Below are positions 39,901 through 43,582 of a DNA stretch of 43,582 nt, piece after piece. The stretch comes from Basidiobolus ranarum. Lineage: Eukaryota. Position numbers and translations under genes: made by a program. The stretch spans positions 1 to 43,582 of the forward strand of contig JASJQH010006907.1 of assembly GCA_040143965.1 (NCBI GenBank), given 5' to 3'. Below the pieces are notes generated by a model. The model was given only the letters and a program-made list of their open reading frames with translations, was not told the origin of the DNA and did no database searches. Every line of letters begins with the position of its first letter. The first letter of the stretch is position 1.

Positions 39901-42024
39901 CCCGAGACCACCGTCACCGATGGTTCGAGCCCAGCCTCCTAACTCAAGCAGAGAAAGCAGTGGTATACCAACACCCAAGGCTGCTACTTCAGTAAAAAAC
40001 TCTCGAAAATCTTTGACACCCAAGCCATCTCAGAGTCCTGTACGCAGCAATGCTTCTCCAGTCACCAAAATTACTGGGAAAGCAACAAATGCCATGGATG
40101 ATGTTACCTATAAACGTTGCCAAAGAATACTCAAGAAGTTATGGTCGAACCCCTCCTCCGAACCGTTCCAATTGCCAGTTGACCCTATTGCTTTGAAGAT
40201 CCCAACCTATACGGATATCGTTAAAGAGCCTATGGATCTGAAGACAGTCAAAGAAAAATTAGACCGAGATGATTACATTTCTATCCGAGATTTTGAAAAA
40301 GATATTCGCCAGGTATTCTTCAATTGTTTCTTATTCAATCAGCCTGGTACTTGGGTATTTGAAGAAGGGAAGAAGATGGAGGCCTACTTCTACGAGCTTT
40401 TGGATCGCGATAAGCCTAGACGTCCCATATTATCTGAAGACAAGCAAAACTTATTAAAACTGATTCAGAAAATGACCAAAAGTAAGCATTCGTCGTTATT
40501 CCGAGAACCGGTTGATTGGGTGACATTACAGATTCCAGATTATCCGCGAATTATTCGACAGCCTATGGACCTACGAACCATAAAGGACAAGCTAGAGAAC
40601 GATCAATACCGAACCTGGGTAGATTTCGAAAGAGATATTCGTTTGATATTCAACAACTGCTTTACTTTCAATCCTTCTGGGACGTATGCTCATGAAGAAT
40701 GCCAGCACTTGGAGAACTATTTCTTTGAACGTTATCAGGAAATCAAGAGCACTTTGAAAGTCATTCCTGACGTTTCAAGGACTCCGTCTAGAGAACCTAG
40801 CATCAAGAGAGAGCCCGAGCCGGTGAGCATGACTCCCGAGCAATTGAAATTATGTGAGAAAATATACAAAAAAGTAAGCGGTAACAAAAATGCCGCTGCT
40901 TTCCTGGAACCGGTAAGTTATTCAATTCCTTTTTTTATATATCAGATTTATTAACAGACAACTTATCTCCAATGAAGGTTGATCCAGTTGCAATGGGCAT
41001 TCCGCACTACTTTGATGTAGTCCGTAATCCAATGGATTTCAGTACAGTTCATAAAAAGCTCAAGGCTGGAGAATATTCTATTCCAGGTGAGTTTGAGGCT
41101 GATGTGCGTCAGATATTCAAAAACTGTGCTACATTCAATGGCCCAGAACACTATTATACACAACAGGCGATGTTGCTCGATAAGATTTTGGACAAGGAAA
41201 TGCTCGCTTTCCAAAATCCGAAGTATTTAGGTAAACAAAATGGAGGCAGCGGTAGTAGAAAATCCAGCAAGCAGCCAAAAAAAGAAACTGTAGTACCCAT
41301 GGCTGCCCCGATTGCTTCTCCTATTCAAAGCTCAAGAGTGTCGGTTCCGTCTAGTCCTAAGACTCTGGATAGATCGGCACTTAAAGCATGTGAAAGTGTA
41401 CTGGCGCGAATCAAGTCACATCCCGCCTTCGAACCTTTCCGGGCTCCTGTGGATATTAAAGCCTTGGGTATTCCACATTACTACAAGGTTGTGAAACATC
41501 CCATGGATTTTGGCACGATCGAAAACAAACTTCGAAGTGGAAAATACCAGAGCATCGAACAATTCGTAGCCGACTCTCAATTAGTATTTGAGAATTGCTA
41601 CGCTTTTAACATTCCAGGTGATTCCGTCTATGTAATGGGACAGGAATTACAAAGATCATTTGAGAAAGCTTGTAAAAAGTACGGCTTACTAGACACTATT
41701 GAGAAGGCAACTCCTGAGCGGAGTGCAGTAAAGCGTGTACATCCTGAAGATTCTGAGCAATCCGAGGTACATATCTTACTAACCCATATTAATAATTATA
41801 TCGCATAAATATTGACAATATTTACCTAGCGCCATGGCACTCACGAGCGAAAGCGTAAGAAGGATAGAAAGGAGAAAAGAAAGCACAAGCACAGTAGTCA
41901 TCGGGAGGATGATGACAGGCCAGGCACTGAAGAGCACTTCTCCGATTCAGAGAATAGTCGTGCATCAGCATCACGAACCTCACCTCAGCCCCAAGTCCGT
42001 CTAAAGATCAAGTTAAAGCACTGA
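33949..42024 (+). CDS. TAF2: TFIID subunit 2 fused to six C-terminal bromodomains, about 17 exons, about 2,290 aa
   Basis: Aminopeptidase-like TAF2 core (HQKFVLDID, GFTEL, WLPCID, QWFG, LKAPLVL, QWIFGSGCP, IREADGTPYEH, EWIRLD, DRDVVAQIEAI, RYNDNTGNHFSDNYY). It continues in the same exon into bromodomains with F.xPVD...Y...PMD...NCxxFN, six in total. A Lys/His-rich tail ends VRLKIKLKH*. Confidence 0.93.
33987..34072 (+). other. TAF2 intron 1: probable AT-AC intron with U2-like donor ATAAGT
   Basis: TTTTACTT|ataagtat...gatttatac|AAATCATCAAAAA gives MHKIDAPKRAFYL-NHQKF. There is no GT between ATG 33949 and the in-frame TAA. Confidence 0.65.
34306..34389 (+). other. U12-type (minor spliceosome) GT-AG intron in TAF2
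   Basis: Donor GTATCCTTT, branch TCCTTAAC at 34369-34376, 13 nt to the end of the acceptor. Splicing restores RINARHC-DIHNVTVNG. Confidence 0.93.
36454..36553 (+). other. U12-type (minor spliceosome) AT-AC intron in TAF2
   Basis: Donor ATATCCTTT, branch TTCCTTAAC at 36535-36543, acceptor TAC. Splicing restores the conserved EQWI-FGSGCP. Confidence 0.95.
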
Positions 42025-43582
42025 ATCTAAGGGATTCGCGCGCTTCTATACTCTATCCTCAGCCACACCTTTTGAGCTGTTGTGGTTTTGGTTTTTTTGG
42101 CATGCAATAGGAAGAAGTTATTTGTTATTGAATTAAGTGTTGAAAAAGAACTTGATTCGTTTTCTTTTCAGCGATATGTTTTTGTGTTTATCTTTGACAA
42201 CGCGCTCTTGTGCTGGGATATTTTAACATCAATCTTGTATTGCTCTCCCCCATTCCAAAAATGCTTACATAGCAACTACCTTCTGTAAATAGACAAAAAC
42301 TTGGTCAAATTGCAAATTAAAAGGCTAGACATTGATTTAGCACTAACAAGATTCAGCATATTATTCAATAACTAGACAAAGGGTTTATAATGTTGGATTC
42401 TATGGCTTGTATTGAGGATCTGGTTCATCCAGCTTTTAATTTGAATCCAGTGAACCTGAGAATGATCTATTGGCCAGGAAGAACCAAACATGTCATTTGG
42501 TTGTGGATGTGAATTAAAATTAAATATTAAAGCCTGCTCGAATGAATGTTACGAATACGGTGTTGGACTCAACCGTGTATCGATACAGGTCTATCTAGTA
42601 GAATTAATGCTCTGAGCGGAAATGTGCTAAGAAATCCATACTTGGAGGGATCAGTGAATGTTAGTATCTCCACCTGCGAGCAAACATCCAATACGGGTTT
42701 AGCCATCTCAACATTGGGTACCAGCAGCTGTTCAATCAATTTCGGAGTAATCATACTAATATTAAGTACTGCTGAAAATCAAGGTAGCCAGACCTTTGCG
42801 TTAGGTAGATTAGTTATACTGCAAGTAGGGCGAGGAAAGGAGCAGTACAAGGCCGTACGAGTGACTGGGTAATCAATAGAACAGAGGGGCTGAGAAGGAA
42901 TCTAGGATTTCCTCGAAGAACGGTGGTGGTTTTATAGGAGCAGATGTGCTAATACAATGCAGTTGAACGTGCTCTCTAAATACTAGAGTTTAGAGATGAT
43001 TGTCTAATGTACCCTCTTCGGGGATAACTCTGATGCTTGCATTCGACATAAATTTACATAAACAATGAGATTGTCCAACACGACTCCAGTACATTTATTA
43101 CTCCGCTCCATCAGTTGTTAATGTGTTGTTGCGCTAAACCCTAAGCCCTAAACTCAGATCACATTTCCTTGCCAAGATCCGATGACTTGAATCAATTAAC
43201 CCGATTGTTACATTGATGTTATTTTGGAAATTAAGGCGACTGTGGGAGACGTTTTCCGGATCTCCACTAGTTATTCATTTTCCAGTCATTTGAAATTAAG
43301 ATTGAACTCCAGCTGGAACGAGCTCTGTGAATAAATAATCAGATGGTGCTATCCTGAGGCGACTTGCCCATCTCCTGCGCGGAAAAGAGGCCAGCCAGTA
43401 ATTCTGAACAAACCCGCATGACCAGCCGCGTCCTCAACAATCCTAAAATTTGGATTCGCCCCACCCGTACCACCTTCCAGATTCCATTTCACCGTGGCAT
43501 GGTGATCCACGATTACTAGCAATTCCGACTTCAGGGAGCCGAGTTTCAGGCTTCCATACCGTACAAAGTTGAATTTGAGGAT

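Noticed and set aside
31124-40023. Many antisense and alternate-frame ORFs over the PWWP and TAF2 genes (also over ADP1 and the polybromo-like gene)
   Set aside because: These are shadow ORFs from low-complexity Glu/Lys/Ser-rich coding sequence with no independent features.
42330-43110. ORFs 42546-42872 (+) and 42569-42754 (-) as genes
   Set aside because: No recognisable motif and no consistent spliced model; at most a decayed relic.

Overview
Intron-rich, AT-rich eukaryotic DNA. Gene content and splice signals point to an early-diverging (non-Dikarya) fungus; a Basidiobolus-like Zoopagomycota/Mucoromycota origin is my inference. The first ~5 kb is decayed: a variant tRNA-Pro(CGG), a tail-to-tail pair of chitin/polysaccharide-deacetylase pseudogenes and CpG-poor relic DNA. 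Eleven apparently intact genes follow: a 10-exon orphan missed by the ORF track, a YANK/STK32 kinase, an ADP1-like ABCG transporter, a polybromo/RSC-like protein, ADE13, MRPL51, RPT2, RPL38, a di-ubiquitin, a glutaredoxin and a PWWP protein. A twelfth gene is a very large TAF2. The most notable signals are: (1) TAF2 fused to six bromodomains and ending in an ET-binding-type motif; (2) two textbook U12 minor-spliceosome introns in TAF2 (one GT-AG, one AT-AC), plus a first intron that appears to be AT-AC with a U2-type donor; (3) a Bromo-Ankyrin-Bromo-BAH-Rsc4-like chromatin reader; (4) a two-unit ubiquitin gene with no C-terminal cap residue and an internal gene-conversion tract. All gene models were spliced and translated by hand; no database searches were run.
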